Positions 46,601 to 54,651 of a DNA stretch of 64,000 nucleotides are shown here, piece after piece. A program made the translations under genes and the position numbers. This DNA comes from a virus (Duplodnaviria; Caudoviricetes): IMG/VR virus record IMGVR_UViG_3300012203_000001, positions 1,085-65,084 of that record. One strand, written 5' to 3'. Position 1 is the first letter of the stretch. The number at the start of each line of letters is the position of its first letter. The notes beneath the pieces are model-generated. The model had not been told where the DNA came from and did no database searches. It saw nothing but the letters and a program-made list of their open reading frames with translations.

Positions 46601-47113
46601 TTGCCGGTTATTATTTCAGATACAAGCATGGTGGTGCTAGGTGTAGAAAACAAGCGGCGTATGGGATTGTCGATCTTGGGTACCAGTGCTGTTGTTTTGC
46701 ATGCCGAGATTAATCCACATTTCGCTGTGATGGTCGCGGATGGTAGCGTAGTGTTTCTAGGATTAGAAGACAACCGACATTTACCATTAGGTATTACGGA
46801 TTCAAGCAGTGTCGTTCTTGGTATAAGAGACAATCGCCATCTACCTGTTATTATTTCGGACACTAGCTCGGTTGTGTTAGGTAGAGAAATCAATCAACAT
46901 TTCGCATTTACGGTAGTTGACGGAAGCGTTGTGCTTCTAGGCTTGGAAGACAATAGGAGGTTTCCTTTAGCTATGTCTGACGCGAGCATTGTTCTACTCC
47001 ATCCCGAGATCGTTGTGCGTACGCCATTAACGATTGTGGATACTACCATTGTCGGCCTTTGGCTAAACGGGCCGCGCGCCGGAATGAAGGCGGCGATAAA
47101 GCTTTTGACGTAA
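43619..47113 (+). CDS. Multidomain tail fibre/depolymerase: FN3, discoidin/CBM32-like, CHB_HEX_C-like, GH43-like propeller, FN3, 20-aa repeats
   Basis: GLQPNTTYHV.AFA.N, D.D..TYW...WVGVD, PPGG.Y...IYYTTD.S.PT..S.LY..PF, Y.S.DL.NW..G, S.SP.GPF, REAP.MF...GTY.L, SPLGPW, SQ. Confidence 0.75.
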   Translation: MIAIQAKAPGSANTATPNATFGAAVTTGNAIIVWVSWFTASGSVTSVTDNLGNTYTSMGARVQSGNTGELWAAFNVTGGTITVTGHLSSSQTSALCVILEVTGISSSQDGYATAHASSNLVNAGSITTTNANDFLVQFMRGGTLANIDPGWSNQPSDGNGMFGQYKVVGATGTYSGKINLAASTTWVSAIAAFKANLPTASVQAATSVTSNSATLNGTIVSSAAGNCVIAGFNFGLTTSYGATVQNTGSFGTGTFSVAITGLQPNTTYHVQAFAENVGGYGLSADTTFTTTAGSGPPSPPTYSKGEVLFNSTQLGTAGQDVTGTKASLIDADKSTYWQTTITDNFDWVGVDCGTATNLTRVRISPMNECLGIQVQGSNDSTFATGAAVLATITSPPPPGQLQKEYAISIPYNWTFRYYRIWCNYARMFLADLDFIGNYTSGVTAAAVQPDMTPPGGYYDKPIRVRLSCLTTDANIYYTTDNSTPTTSSTLYTVPFVAPASANTNVRAIATSASLTNSRVSPNIEGGLTADYKPPWTFFIPSQSIPGKNIFDVNRGYRLNRLEGSILKDPVSGYWYAYGTCADGGPGSPFTGESVYRSADLINWEWRGMIMGPASLGYDSSLIHQDFPNLTLHRTQVLYNAANNNYVAWTADYQSGAILRYHRSWTSSSPDGPFTLVTTFNSGVGGRAGTGLDFGSFVDPTNGQPYLIWVNNGSGSGTSMSFAKLNAAYTDVQTGAGNMYTIDYGVNQREAPTMFYRNGTYFLMFTDQTGGAYTHGYYTTASSPLGPWDGTQTNPFQTSTVEDKTLGYHSQCSQVIKIPGRDDGTGKGAFLYDGSGHSIPTATGLNTHLWLPIVFPTDSTMTISWDTYLPNWTLDGIFPTVSGAPLAATGLSASWSGLNASIAWANNETAPKKIYIDRADDSAFTIDVESEVLADGTTSFIDTMVGFHATLYYRIRTVNSSGTTNSASVSLSPPMTLLSITDATIAAIGLEDNRHLPVIISDTSMVVLGVENKRRMGLSILGTSAVVLHAEINPHFAVMVADGSVVFLGLEDNRHLPLGITDSSSVVLGIRDNRHLPVIISDTSSVVLGREINQHFAFTVVDGSVVLLGLEDNRRFPLAMSDASIVLLHPEIVVRTPLTIVDTTIVGLWLNGPRAGMKAAIKLLT
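46553..47065 (+). repeat. Degenerate 60-bp (20-aa) tandem repeats, about 8.5 units
   Basis: Units like ISDTSSVVLGLEDNRHLPVI repeated in register. Confidence 0.85.
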
Positions 47114-47121
47114 AAAACTGT

Positions 47122-47583
47122 ATGAGCAATCTATTTTCTGATTCTGGGTTCATGCCGCACTCATATTGTTTGCAGGCCGATCCGGCAATCATCTGGCTCA
47201 TGGTAATCTCGAACGGATTGGTCGCCGCAGCTTATTACGCGATACCTGTGATGCTGGTGTATCTCACCAAAAAGAAAACGCACTTGCTCTTTAACTGGTT
47301 CTCGACGGCGTTCGCGATCTTCATCTTCGCGTGCGGCACCGGGCATGTGATGGATATCATTGTCTTGTTCCGACCGATGTACTGGCTACAGGGCTTCGTC
47401 AACTGCGTGACTGCCATCGCAAGCATCTATACCGCTATTTTCCTGGCTTATTATCTGCCGATCGTCTCGGCGGCGCTAAATGACCCTGAAGCGCTCCAAA
47501 AGCTTAAAGAGATTCAGGTGCAACTACGCGATCTACTGCAATCGGTATCCAAGAATGTGCAGCCCCATGTGGGTAATCGGTGA
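47122..47583 (+). CDS. Stand-alone ethylene-receptor (ETR1)-like transmembrane sensor domain
   Basis: FMPH.YC, ISN..VA.AYY.IP..L, F..FI.ACG.GH, TA.AS..TA; no kinase or GAF domain. Confidence 0.8.
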   Translation: MSNLFSDSGFMPHSYCLQADPAIIWLMVISNGLVAAAYYAIPVMLVYLTKKKTHLLFNWFSTAFAIFIFACGTGHVMDIIVLFRPMYWLQGFVNCVTAIASIYTAIFLAYYLPIVSAALNDPEALQKLKEIQVQLRDLLQSVSKNVQPHVGNR

Positions 47584-48010
47584 GACGGTTACAGCGCTAG
47601 CCCAAGTACCGATCGTGGATCAAGCGATCGAGTTCGCTACCAAACACAAGGACGAATCGACGGCATTTTGGACATCACTGATCGCGTTCGGTGCGGTCGC
47701 CCTCCTGGTGTTTGTGGGCCGGTGGGGGTTTAAAAAGATCGAGCTTGTCATTTCAAATCACGAAGCGTTGCAGGCCGAATATATCGAGGCCCTGAAAACA
47801 AATCTGACTGCGACCCAGAAGATCGCATCCGGGTACGAATCGCAGAGCACGCAAACGGCAAATCTACTCAAGGAAGATATCGAGGCTACCAGGACACTGG
47901 CAGCCCGGGCATCGGAACAAGCGCGCGCATTGGAAAAGGTCGAGTCAGCGCTTGGCGAACTTCTTAGAAGCATACGGCCGAATATCACTAGAGGACGAAG
48001 ACCAGAATGA
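47567..48010 (+). CDS. Membrane-anchored coiled-coil protein (holin/spanin-like)
   Basis: One TM followed by a coiled coil; start uncertain. Confidence 0.5.
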   Translation: MWVIGETVTALAQVPIVDQAIEFATKHKDESTAFWTSLIAFGAVALLVFVGRWGFKKIELVISNHEALQAEYIEALKTNLTATQKIASGYESQSTQTANLLKEDIEATRTLAARASEQARALEKVESALGELLRSIRPNITRGRRPE

Positions 48011-48465
48011 GGAATGCAATCAGTAGCATAAAAAAGGGAGGGGAATGGTTTCTTGGAAATATCGGCCCGATCGGCCTGTGGCTTCTGATCTTTCTAGGGC
48101 TCGTGATTGTGTTCGCGCTTTTCAGTGTCAAGGATGTGGTAGACACCACGCGGGAACACGAGGAAACAATCGTGGGTGCGTACAACAAGCGGCTCGAGGA
48201 ACTTAAAATTATCCTCGGCGTTGTTGAGGAAGAAGAAAAAACACGGCTCAGTGGCGACTCGGACTTCACTAAGGCTTATGTAAAATACAAATTTGACACG
48301 AAACAGTGGCAGGAGCAAACCGAGAACACTTTGCAGGTGTTGCTCTTAAAGGTTCAACACGTTCTCGATGATCAGTTTACTGGCTCTGAGTATGATCAGA
48401 TGCAGAAAGACGCTAAAGCTAAAGGGATGACATTGCCTGATCGGCCGAAGAGGGCGACGCCATGA
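48007..48465 (+). CDS. Membrane-anchored coiled-coil protein
   Basis: One TM, ATGA-coupled. Confidence 0.55.
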   Translation: MRNAISSIKKGGEWFLGNIGPIGLWLLIFLGLVIVFALFSVKDVVDTTREHEETIVGAYNKRLEELKIILGVVEEEEKTRLSGDSDFTKAYVKYKFDTKQWQEQTENTLQVLLLKVQHVLDDQFTGSEYDQMQKDAKAKGMTLPDRPKRATP

Positions 48466-48983
48466 AGACAAATCTCATATCCGATGTGATTGGCTACTTT
48501 ATCGTAGTTGGGACGTTCGGCGCTGTTACGTGGATGATGCAGGTAGGGTTCAATAAGCAGAGCAAGCAGAATGAGGCAGTGCTCGCCGAGGTCCGGCTTT
48601 TCCACAACGATACGCGCGCGTTCCTTGACCGGAACGAAAAAGCGGTGGCGGACATTGGCCAGAACGTTGCGCACGTGGACCAGAACGTTTCTGCCGAGCT
48701 GGAAGCGAGCTCCAAGCTGGTGCAATCAATCAGTCAGCAGGTGACCACGACGGCCCAGAAGACTGAGCAGGCGGCTCAGGAGGCGGCTCTGAAGACCGTT
48801 GAGGTGGCTAAGGAAGCGAAAGAGAAAGCGCCTGTGGTTATTGAGAAACACACGATTGAGCATCACACAGAGGTTATCAGCGACAGCGAGCTGCGCCGGC
48901 GCGAGAAAGCCAAGGCGCAATGGGACAAATACCGGCAGGATAAAGTGGATTGGGATAAGAAATACGGTAAGAAGAAGCATTAA
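48462..48983 (+). CDS. Membrane-anchored coiled-coil protein (i-spanin-like)
   Basis: N-terminal TM, long Ala/Gln/Glu coiled coil. Confidence 0.55.
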   Translation: MKTNLISDVIGYFIVVGTFGAVTWMMQVGFNKQSKQNEAVLAEVRLFHNDTRAFLDRNEKAVADIGQNVAHVDQNVSAELEASSKLVQSISQQVTTTAQKTEQAAQEAALKTVEVAKEAKEKAPVVIEKHTIEHHTEVISDSELRRREKAKAQWDKYRQDKVDWDKKYGKKKH

Positions 48984-49237
48984 GGTTCGCGCTCTTTCCG
49001 CATCCATTCAATTGCGCCCAACGCCTGCTCGAGTGTTGGGAACCGTTTGCCGCCCCACCAGTTGTAGACAGCCGATGGCGGTACTCCGAGAAACTTGGCA
49101 AGGGCCGCACCGCGGCCGTCTACTGCCTGCACGAACGCTTTAAGTTCGCGCAGGAAACGTTTGGTCCGTGGCCCGAGGCCGCGTTTCACTGGAGACTTGC
49201 CTCTCCTGAAAACATGTTTTGATCGTTGAGTTGCCAC
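48980..49237 (-). CDS. Cro/XRE-like HTH regulator
   Basis: GAALAKFLGVPPSAVYNWWGGKRFPTLE; true start may be internal. Confidence 0.7.
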   Translation of the reverse strand: MATQRSKHVFRRGKSPVKRGLGPRTKRFLRELKAFVQAVDGRGAALAKFLGVPPSAVYNWWGGKRFPTLEQALGAIEWMRKEREP

Positions 49238-49536
49238 GAGGTAACCCGCTCATCCGCGCCGAACTTGACGACAAGCGGGTGGACGCGTGCCGTCATGCCG
49301 TAGAATGGTGCGGAAAATTTCCATTTGTCCGGCACCCAGAGCGCGGCGCTGGTGCCGTCGCTGTTGGCCCTGGTCCTGTCGGGCTTACCCCATAGGGCCT
49401 CAACGTGTTGCTTTGGTTCCCCGACGACCGGCATCGCGTGTCCGTCAAAGCTTGTCGGGTTGGCGGTGGGTTCCGGTCCAGAGGCGCACCCCGCGAACGC
49501 GAGAATGGCACCGGTTATGATCACAAATCGTCTCAT
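49186..49536 (-). CDS. SmpA/BamE-like lipoprotein
   Basis: LAFAGC lipobox; G..K..V..LWGKP......W.......L.VKF..D.RV pattern. Confidence 0.65.
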   Translation of the reverse strand: MRRFVIITGAILAFAGCASGPEPTANPTSFDGHAMPVVGEPKQHVEALWGKPDRTRANSDGTSAALWVPDKWKFSAPFYGMTARVHPLVVKFGADERVTSWQLNDQNMFSGEASLQ

Positions 49537-49724
49537 TGCGGTGGCGAACATACGGAAATATCTTTCTGCGGTCTACGAATTTCTGCGACTGCTTTGTCCA
49601 CGAGATCCATTAGCCGCATCTCTTTATTGGCGATGAAGCGCTCGCCGTCGTGGTCCGCGTCCGCGCGATCGTCGAAATACTCGCGGATCTCTTCAAGGAG
49701 TTCTATGAGTTCTTCCGTGGTCAT
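49533..49724 (-). CDS. Small hypothetical protein
   Basis: RBS AAGGAAG before MTTEELIELLEE; ATGA-coupled. Confidence 0.55.
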   Translation of the reverse strand: MTTEELIELLEEIREYFDDRADADHDGERFIANKEMRLMDLVDKAVAEIRRPQKDISVCSPPQ

Positions 49725-50092
49725 TTGGCTTCCTTTGAAAGAATAAAGTGTTTTAACGCTCGTTTTGCTCGGCCCTTGACTGTTGATAACCAAGCTTTGC
49801 TCTTGCGCGAGAGTTTCATGATTTTAATCCATTGACCCGTTTTGTAATCGTAGCGCCACCCTTTCATCGGTCGAATCCTTCCGAAGTCATTGGAGATTGC
49901 TCCAGTATGGCATCATAGGTGTCGCTGGCTAATTGTGCCTGAGTCCCTTTCGCGCGCTGCGACAGTAAGCAGAGAGAAAATAATATTACGTCGATTTGTT
50001 CGTCGTTAAGATTAATAATGGTCATGTGTTTGTTTTTCGGATTGAAGAACCGAGCCACCATTTACAGGGTGGCCCGGTTATCGTTTGTTTGT

Positions 50093-51406
50093 TTAGAAGT
50101 GTGCCGCAAGCCCGATATCGACTTGCTGCACGTTAGATTTCTGGCCGATCGCGATTGAATAGCTAGCGAAGCAATTCCAACGTTCGCTGATCGCGTAGTC
50201 CAGGCCGGCTGATACCCACGCAGCGTTGCGGTCAATGCCGGTCCAGGTGTCTCGTAACTGGTGTTGCCACGCGACTTGCACAAACGGCGTCAGGCGCGCG
50301 TGGTACGCTACCCTGGCCCCCACCCTGCTCGTGAGCTCGCGCAACGGGCGGAACCCGTCGGCATAATCGTACTCGAGCGATGCAACTGGACCGAATTCGA
50401 ACGATCCAGCGTGGAACATGTAACCCGTCCCGGCGTAGAGGGTAAAGTCGTTGCCGGTCATGTGGCCTCGAGCGCTGTACTCCGTCACGCCAGCCAAGGC
50501 CGCTCCAGTCAGGTAAAACCCGCCGTGCCACCATGACGTGTAGAGGCCGCCCCGGAATGTGTTCGCGGTGAAATGCGATCCTCGGAACGTGCCTGTCGTG
50601 TAACCGTAATCGGCTAACACTCCGATGATCCAGGTTGGCGTGATGCGATAATCCGCGCCGATCGTGATTTGGCCAGTGTCAGCATTGCCAGATCCGTAAT
50701 GGCCGAATACGCCGGTGCCGATGGCCCAGATGTCCCAGCGCTTCGTAAGCTTGTGCTCAACGGCTGGAATTACGACGACATCCTTGCCGTCTTTCGAATA
50801 ATGCGCGGGCGTTTCCTCGGTCGTCTGCGCCCGCTGCTCAGCTAAATCCCGCAGCTCGGACGCACGTTGCTCGATCGAGTTAGTGATCACCGCTGCGCCA
50901 TCGATGGCGGGTTGTTGCACCGTGCCATCTAGCGGATGTACGGGTTTAGGCGTAGGTTCCGGTGTCGGGCTTGGGGCCGCTGTAGCAACTTTGAGTGACG
51001 GTGTAGCCGCAGACGCTTGGGTTGCTACCGGCGTAGGGTTCGGCTGCGATTTAGGTGTGGACGATGGAGCAGGCGTGCTGACCGGCGATGGCTGCGGCGT
51101 CGGTTGCGAAACCGGAGGTGCCGGCTTTGGCGTCGGCACTGGAATTGGTCGAGGCGTGGGTTTCGGGACCGGGCATGGTGTCGGTACAGGCTTTGGTGTA
51201 GGCGTAGGTTTTGGCTTGGGTGTTGGCTTGGGTGTTGGTCTTGGTACATCATCGCCATCATGGTCGTGATCTAAGCAGTGATCGTGATACGCTTCCTTGT
51301 CATGCCATAACCAGGGTTTATCGCACCAAGCATAGAGCGTTGGTGAAATGGCAAATAAAGATGCGGTGAGTACGGTGGTGAAGATAGTTTTGTGTATAAA
51401 TTTCAT
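50093..51406 (-). CDS. Autotransporter-like outer membrane beta-barrel protein with a Pro/Thr/Lys-rich stalk
   Basis: Signal peptide, His/Asp-rich head, (PTPK)n stalk, WDIW..G.G.FG, T.GADYR, GPVASL.Y, terminal Phe. Confidence 0.85.
   Translation of the reverse strand: MKFIHKTIFTTVLTASLFAISPTLYAWCDKPWLWHDKEAYHDHCLDHDHDGDDVPRPTPKPTPKPKPTPTPKPVPTPCPVPKPTPRPIPVPTPKPAPPVSQPTPQPSPVSTPAPSSTPKSQPNPTPVATQASAATPSLKVATAAPSPTPEPTPKPVHPLDGTVQQPAIDGAAVITNSIEQRASELRDLAEQRAQTTEETPAHYSKDGKDVVVIPAVEHKLTKRWDIWAIGTGVFGHYGSGNADTGQITIGADYRITPTWIIGVLADYGYTTGTFRGSHFTANTFRGGLYTSWWHGGFYLTGAALAGVTEYSARGHMTGNDFTLYAGTGYMFHAGSFEFGPVASLEYDYADGFRPLRELTSRVGARVAYHARLTPFVQVAWQHQLRDTWTGIDRNAAWVSAGLDYAISERWNCFASYSIAIGQKSNVQQVDIGLAAHF
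50940..51250 (-). repeat. Low-complexity PTPK/PTP coding repeats
   Basis: GGTGTTGGCTTG-type 12-bp repeats. Confidence 0.8.
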
Positions 51407-51537
51407 TGTAATTCCTCGTCAAAAGTTTCGTCATAGTCAGAAGCATCTGTTAGCATCCAATAGTCCTCGTAGGACTCGCCAAAGAATGTAGCCTCGGCTT
51501 GGCGCAAGAAGAGCGCGTCATCAACGTCGTCAAACAT
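51403..51537 (-). CDS. Highly acidic 44-aa protein
   Basis: Manual translation [44 protein letters not shown]; ATGA-coupled to the autotransporter. Confidence 0.6.
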   Translation of the reverse strand: MFDDVDDALFLRQAEATFFGESYEDYWMLTDASDYDETFDEELQ

Positions 51538-51751
51538 TGGTGGTGAGTTGGATTAAGGTTTTGTAGCCGCCGAGCTTCTGGTAAGCGCTGAATAGCGCGT
51601 CCCGGTCAGTGGTGGCCAATGCCGCCCAGGCTGTCGGCAACCTGGAAATATGTGATTCCTTCAGCGCGATAGAGTTTTCTAGGAGCTCTAACGTCCTGGC
51701 AAACTCGCGCGCTGTGAAGGTTGCGGTGATTTGAATGGTTTTCATCGCCAT
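51530..51751 (-). CDS. Hypothetical protein
   Basis: ORF in the leftward operon. Confidence 0.5.
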   Translation of the reverse strand: MAMKTIQITATFTAREFARTLELLENSIALKESHISRLPTAWAALATTDRDALFSAYQKLGGYKTLIQLTTNV

Positions 51752-51852
51752 TCAAGCGGTGCGCCGCTGGCGCAACCACAACCTGCGTTGGATCAGTTTA
51801 GTGTTTAGGATCATGCTTGCAAGGTAACGCCTGCGCAATCGTCGCGCAAGAG

Positions 51853-52329
51853 TTATTTTGCAAGCTGAGAAAATAATTCATTTTGCTCCATGTATTTTAC
51901 GATAGAGCGAGCAACATCAATGGACTCACATAGCCCTTCAACCTTGTTACATCGGTTGCAAATTATTCCTCGAACATGTTGTCCATTATCATGACAATGA
52001 TCGACAACGGCTCGATATTTGGATTCTTGAGTAAACCTTACGCCGCAACAATTACATCTTCCATGTTGCAACTGTATAAAATTATTGAATTGCTCCCTGG
52101 TTATTCCGTATTTTTGTACAAGAAGCCAATCCTTAAGTTTAGCGGTTTGTTTTTTGGATATGTCTGGATTCGCCTTCCAATAAGTCCTTTTCTGTTCGCA
52201 GTGACAAGATTTGCAATTGAGCGCTCTATTTCTCTTGTTACTTCTTAAATAAAAAGCGTCGATTGGTTTACGAACTCGGCAAACATTGCAAATGCGTTCT
52301 TCAACCACGGATATTAGTTCATCCATCAT
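51853..52329 (-). CDS. Endonuclease VII-family protein
   Basis: KYGIT......Q.GRC.CC......VDHCH..G..RGI.C..CN motif plus an N-terminal Zn finger. Confidence 0.88.
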   Translation of the reverse strand: MMDELISVVEERICNVCRVRKPIDAFYLRSNKRNRALNCKSCHCEQKRTYWKANPDISKKQTAKLKDWLLVQKYGITREQFNNFIQLQHGRCNCCGVRFTQESKYRAVVDHCHDNGQHVRGIICNRCNKVEGLCESIDVARSIVKYMEQNELFSQLAK

Positions 52330-52372
52330 CGTCTGCCACGGTCACGCAAGCGTTATCTGGAGAATTATTTAA

Positions 52373-52561
52373 TTATTTGTCTGCTGACAGCTCTTCGTCT
52401 GTTTTTAGATAGCTCGGGTGTTCGAGCCGTAGCGGTACGAGCTTTTTGCGCGTGATTTGCAGGATGCCGGCGTACCGCGCGTCCTCGCACATGAAAATGC
52501 CTTGCCAGCACGAGGCTTGTACACAGGCCGAACAAACGGTGATTAGGTCGTTGTCGCTCAT
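52373..52561 (-). CDS. Cys-rich phage hypothetical protein
   Basis: TVCSAC.QASCWQG.FMC....A......L..L.LEHPSY. Confidence 0.6.
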   Translation of the reverse strand: MSDNDLITVCSACVQASCWQGIFMCEDARYAGILQITRKKLVPLRLEHPSYLKTDEELSADK

Positions 52562-52788
52562 ACCACGATAACCTGTTTCGATCGGCGCACTAATTCCTCG
52601 CGCAAGAGTTGCATACCGTAGATCGGGAAACAGCCGGTGACTTGTTCAGGCTGGATCAATTGCATGGTGTGCGGGTTCGAAAATCTGATTCCGAATTTCC
52701 CTGTATCTAAATCAATCTCGAACGCCATAAGCCCTAGCGACAAGTCAGGCTTTTGTGGTGGTGGTGTGCTGTTATTTGGTTGTTCCAT
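52558..52788 (-). CDS. Hypothetical protein
   Basis: RBS AAGGAG; coupled to neighbours. Confidence 0.5.
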   Translation of the reverse strand: MEQPNNSTPPPQKPDLSLGLMAFEIDLDTGKFGIRFSNPHTMQLIQPEQVTGCFPIYGMQLLREELVRRSKQVIVV

Positions 52789-53284
52789 TGTTCTCTCCTT
52801 CCGATACTGCTGTTGTTTCCTGATCTTCCGATATCGGCAACCGCATTTGCATTTCCATTGAACTCATCATCGCGACATTCACAGCTTCGCCGGTATCGGT
52901 TCGGACGGTGGTTTTCTGCCCGGACTTAGGCCGATGAAACCAGACTTCGCACGGCACGTCACGGAGTTCGTAGCCGCTCGTGACAAGCTGGGACAACTTT
53001 GTGATCTCGCCACGCGCTTCCTTGATCTCGCTCCCGAAATGGCTGGAGGCGCGTTTCTTGTCCTCCTCCAACTGGTTCAACTTTGTGGCTTTGTCGGCCA
53101 ATGCTCGGCTCTTTTCTCTCACTTCGTCATCAGTCAGAACAACGCGCAGGATTTGCGAGCATTTCTGATCAGGTTTCGGCGCGGTCTCGCCGTTTAGTTC
53201 TTGCGGTGGTGCCGGTTCAGCGATCGTAATAACTTCAGGTTCTTTAGATTTCTTCTTTGGCATAGACTTTAATTTGTAGTTCAT
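52772..53284 (-). CDS. Conserved phage hypothetical protein
   Basis: LT..E.....LA...G.E.R.V.C......K...R.DTGE pattern. Confidence 0.65.
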   Translation of the reverse strand: MNYKLKSMPKKKSKEPEVITIAEPAPPQELNGETAPKPDQKCSQILRVVLTDDEVREKSRALADKATKLNQLEEDKKRASSHFGSEIKEARGEITKLSQLVTSGYELRDVPCEVWFHRPKSGQKTTVRTDTGEAVNVAMMSSMEMQMRLPISEDQETTAVSEGENNGTTK

Positions 53285-53294
53285 ATCGATTACT

Positions 53295-53615
53295 TTAATC
53301 GCATTGCTTTAATCGCATTGCTTTTTCCATACCTTCGACGTGTGGCTTCATCCATGCAGAATGTTCGAACAGCCATCCTTGATGCATATCTACACGCCCT
53401 TGAATCGTTAGGTGGCAACGCTGACAAAGCACGGCAAGATTCCATTCTTCACAGTTGGATTTGTTATTGTCTAGATGATGAATCGTTAGAGCGTATCCGT
53501 TCACCGGATCATGTGGATGGCAGCAGCGTTCACATTTATTACCGCGAGCAGCGCGGAACGCGTTTCGAAATTCTTTAGTCCAAGTAGGCGGATACGTGCC
53601 GGTAAACTTGCTCAT
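53295..53615 (-). CDS. HNH endonuclease
   Basis: YP..W......R.GNKCE.C.....LT.HHLD....N....NL..LCQRCH. Confidence 0.85.
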   Translation of the reverse strand: MSKFTGTYPPTWTKEFRNAFRAARGNKCERCCHPHDPVNGYALTIHHLDNNKSNCEEWNLAVLCQRCHLTIQGRVDMHQGWLFEHSAWMKPHVEGMEKAMRLKQCD

Positions 53616-53787
53616 TTCGCCGCGTCCCGAAGTCGCATAATTTCGGCACTCTGCCGTTGAACCTCGCAACTTAGCCGTTCAATCTCCGATTTGAGGTTAT
53701 CGATTTGTTGAAACGCCTTCTCTTTTTGGTTCTCTAGTTTCTCAATCTCGTCCATGGCCTCGCTGTAGGCGTCGTCTTGTATGTCGC

Positions 53788-54651
53788 TCATAGTTTATTC
53801 TCTGTTTTCAGCTTGCGCGATCGCTTCGAAGAACGGGTAGGCTTGAAAGGGGCATACGCTGTTGCCAAGGGCTTTAAGGCGGTGTGATCTGTTTGGAATC
53901 CTTGGTACTCCTCCACAAAGCGCGGGCTCAGCGTACCAGAAACCTCGGAGGCAGTGCTGCTTATCACCTGTTCGTTGAGTGGCCGGGAATTGCGCTCTAC
54001 AGTGTTCGATGAAGCTTTGCCGTTCTTCCAATACCGAGCCGAAGGCGTGGCCGTTAGTTTCGCAACTGCGTGCAAACTGTCCGGGTTCCCCCTGTGATTG
54101 TCGGCGTCGAATCCCTCCGTTCGCGGAGTCGGTGACAACTCCAACTTGATCGTGTGCCGTAGATCCATTTGAGCTTTGCTCCCATCCGGCTTCTTGCCCG
54201 TTGTCGACGTGCCCTCCGGATTCACGCGGCCACCGTTCGGCACTGTTATTGTAGGCAACAGTGAACACCCGGTATCGCTGATGTCCTGCTCCCAGCGCCG
54301 AAGCTGGAACGCGGAAAGCTCGAACCGCGTATCTAAGAGCTCCCAGACGTGACAGCACTCCAGCGAATTCCCCCAGGCTGAGGATTCCATCAGGATTTTC
54401 GAAAATGCACCAAGCGGGCTGGACTGATTCAACAACATCGCAAGTTGCCGGCCAGAGCCAACGGTCATCGCTCGCGCCTCTTCGCTTCCCGGCAAGACTC
54501 GCGGGCTGACAAGGGACACCGGCACTAAGAACGTCAACTCGTCCTCGAAGTAAGGAAAAATCGGCTCTTGTGATGTCTCCCCAATTTCTGATGTTGGTCC
54601 ATTTTTCATTGAGTAATTTGCAGCAGTAAGGATCGATTTCTGAAAATCCAA
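53788..54651 (-). CDS. Overlapping alternative-frame ORF carrying MTase motif IX (beta subunit)
   Basis: 287 codons open inside the MTase gene; LLPT/PTP repeats and LSPRFVEEYQGFQTDHT. Confidence 0.7.
   Translation of the reverse strand: MDFQKSILTAANYSMKNGPTSEIGETSQEPIFPYFEDELTFLVPVSLVSPRVLPGSEEARAMTVGSGRQLAMLLNQSSPLGAFSKILMESSAWGNSLECCHVWELLDTRFELSAFQLRRWEQDISDTGCSLLPTITVPNGGRVNPEGTSTTGKKPDGSKAQMDLRHTIKLELSPTPRTEGFDADNHRGNPDSLHAVAKLTATPSARYWKNGKASSNTVERNSRPLNEQVISSTASEVSGTLSPRFVEEYQGFQTDHTALKPLATAYAPFKPTRSSKRSRKLKTENKL

Noticed and set aside
40549-47065. Diversity-generating retroelement TR/VR pair
   Set aside because: No reverse transcriptase in the window; repeat differences are not adenine-specific and are in-frame protein repeats
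46553-47065. CRISPR array
   Set aside because: The 60-bp periodicity is degenerate coding repeat with no constant repeat/unique spacer structure; no cas operon (the Cas4-like gene belongs to the Sak4 recombination module)
50883-51274. Plus-strand Gly/Val-rich and Arg/Trp-rich ORFs
   Set aside because: Antisense shadows of the PTPK repeat of the autotransporter
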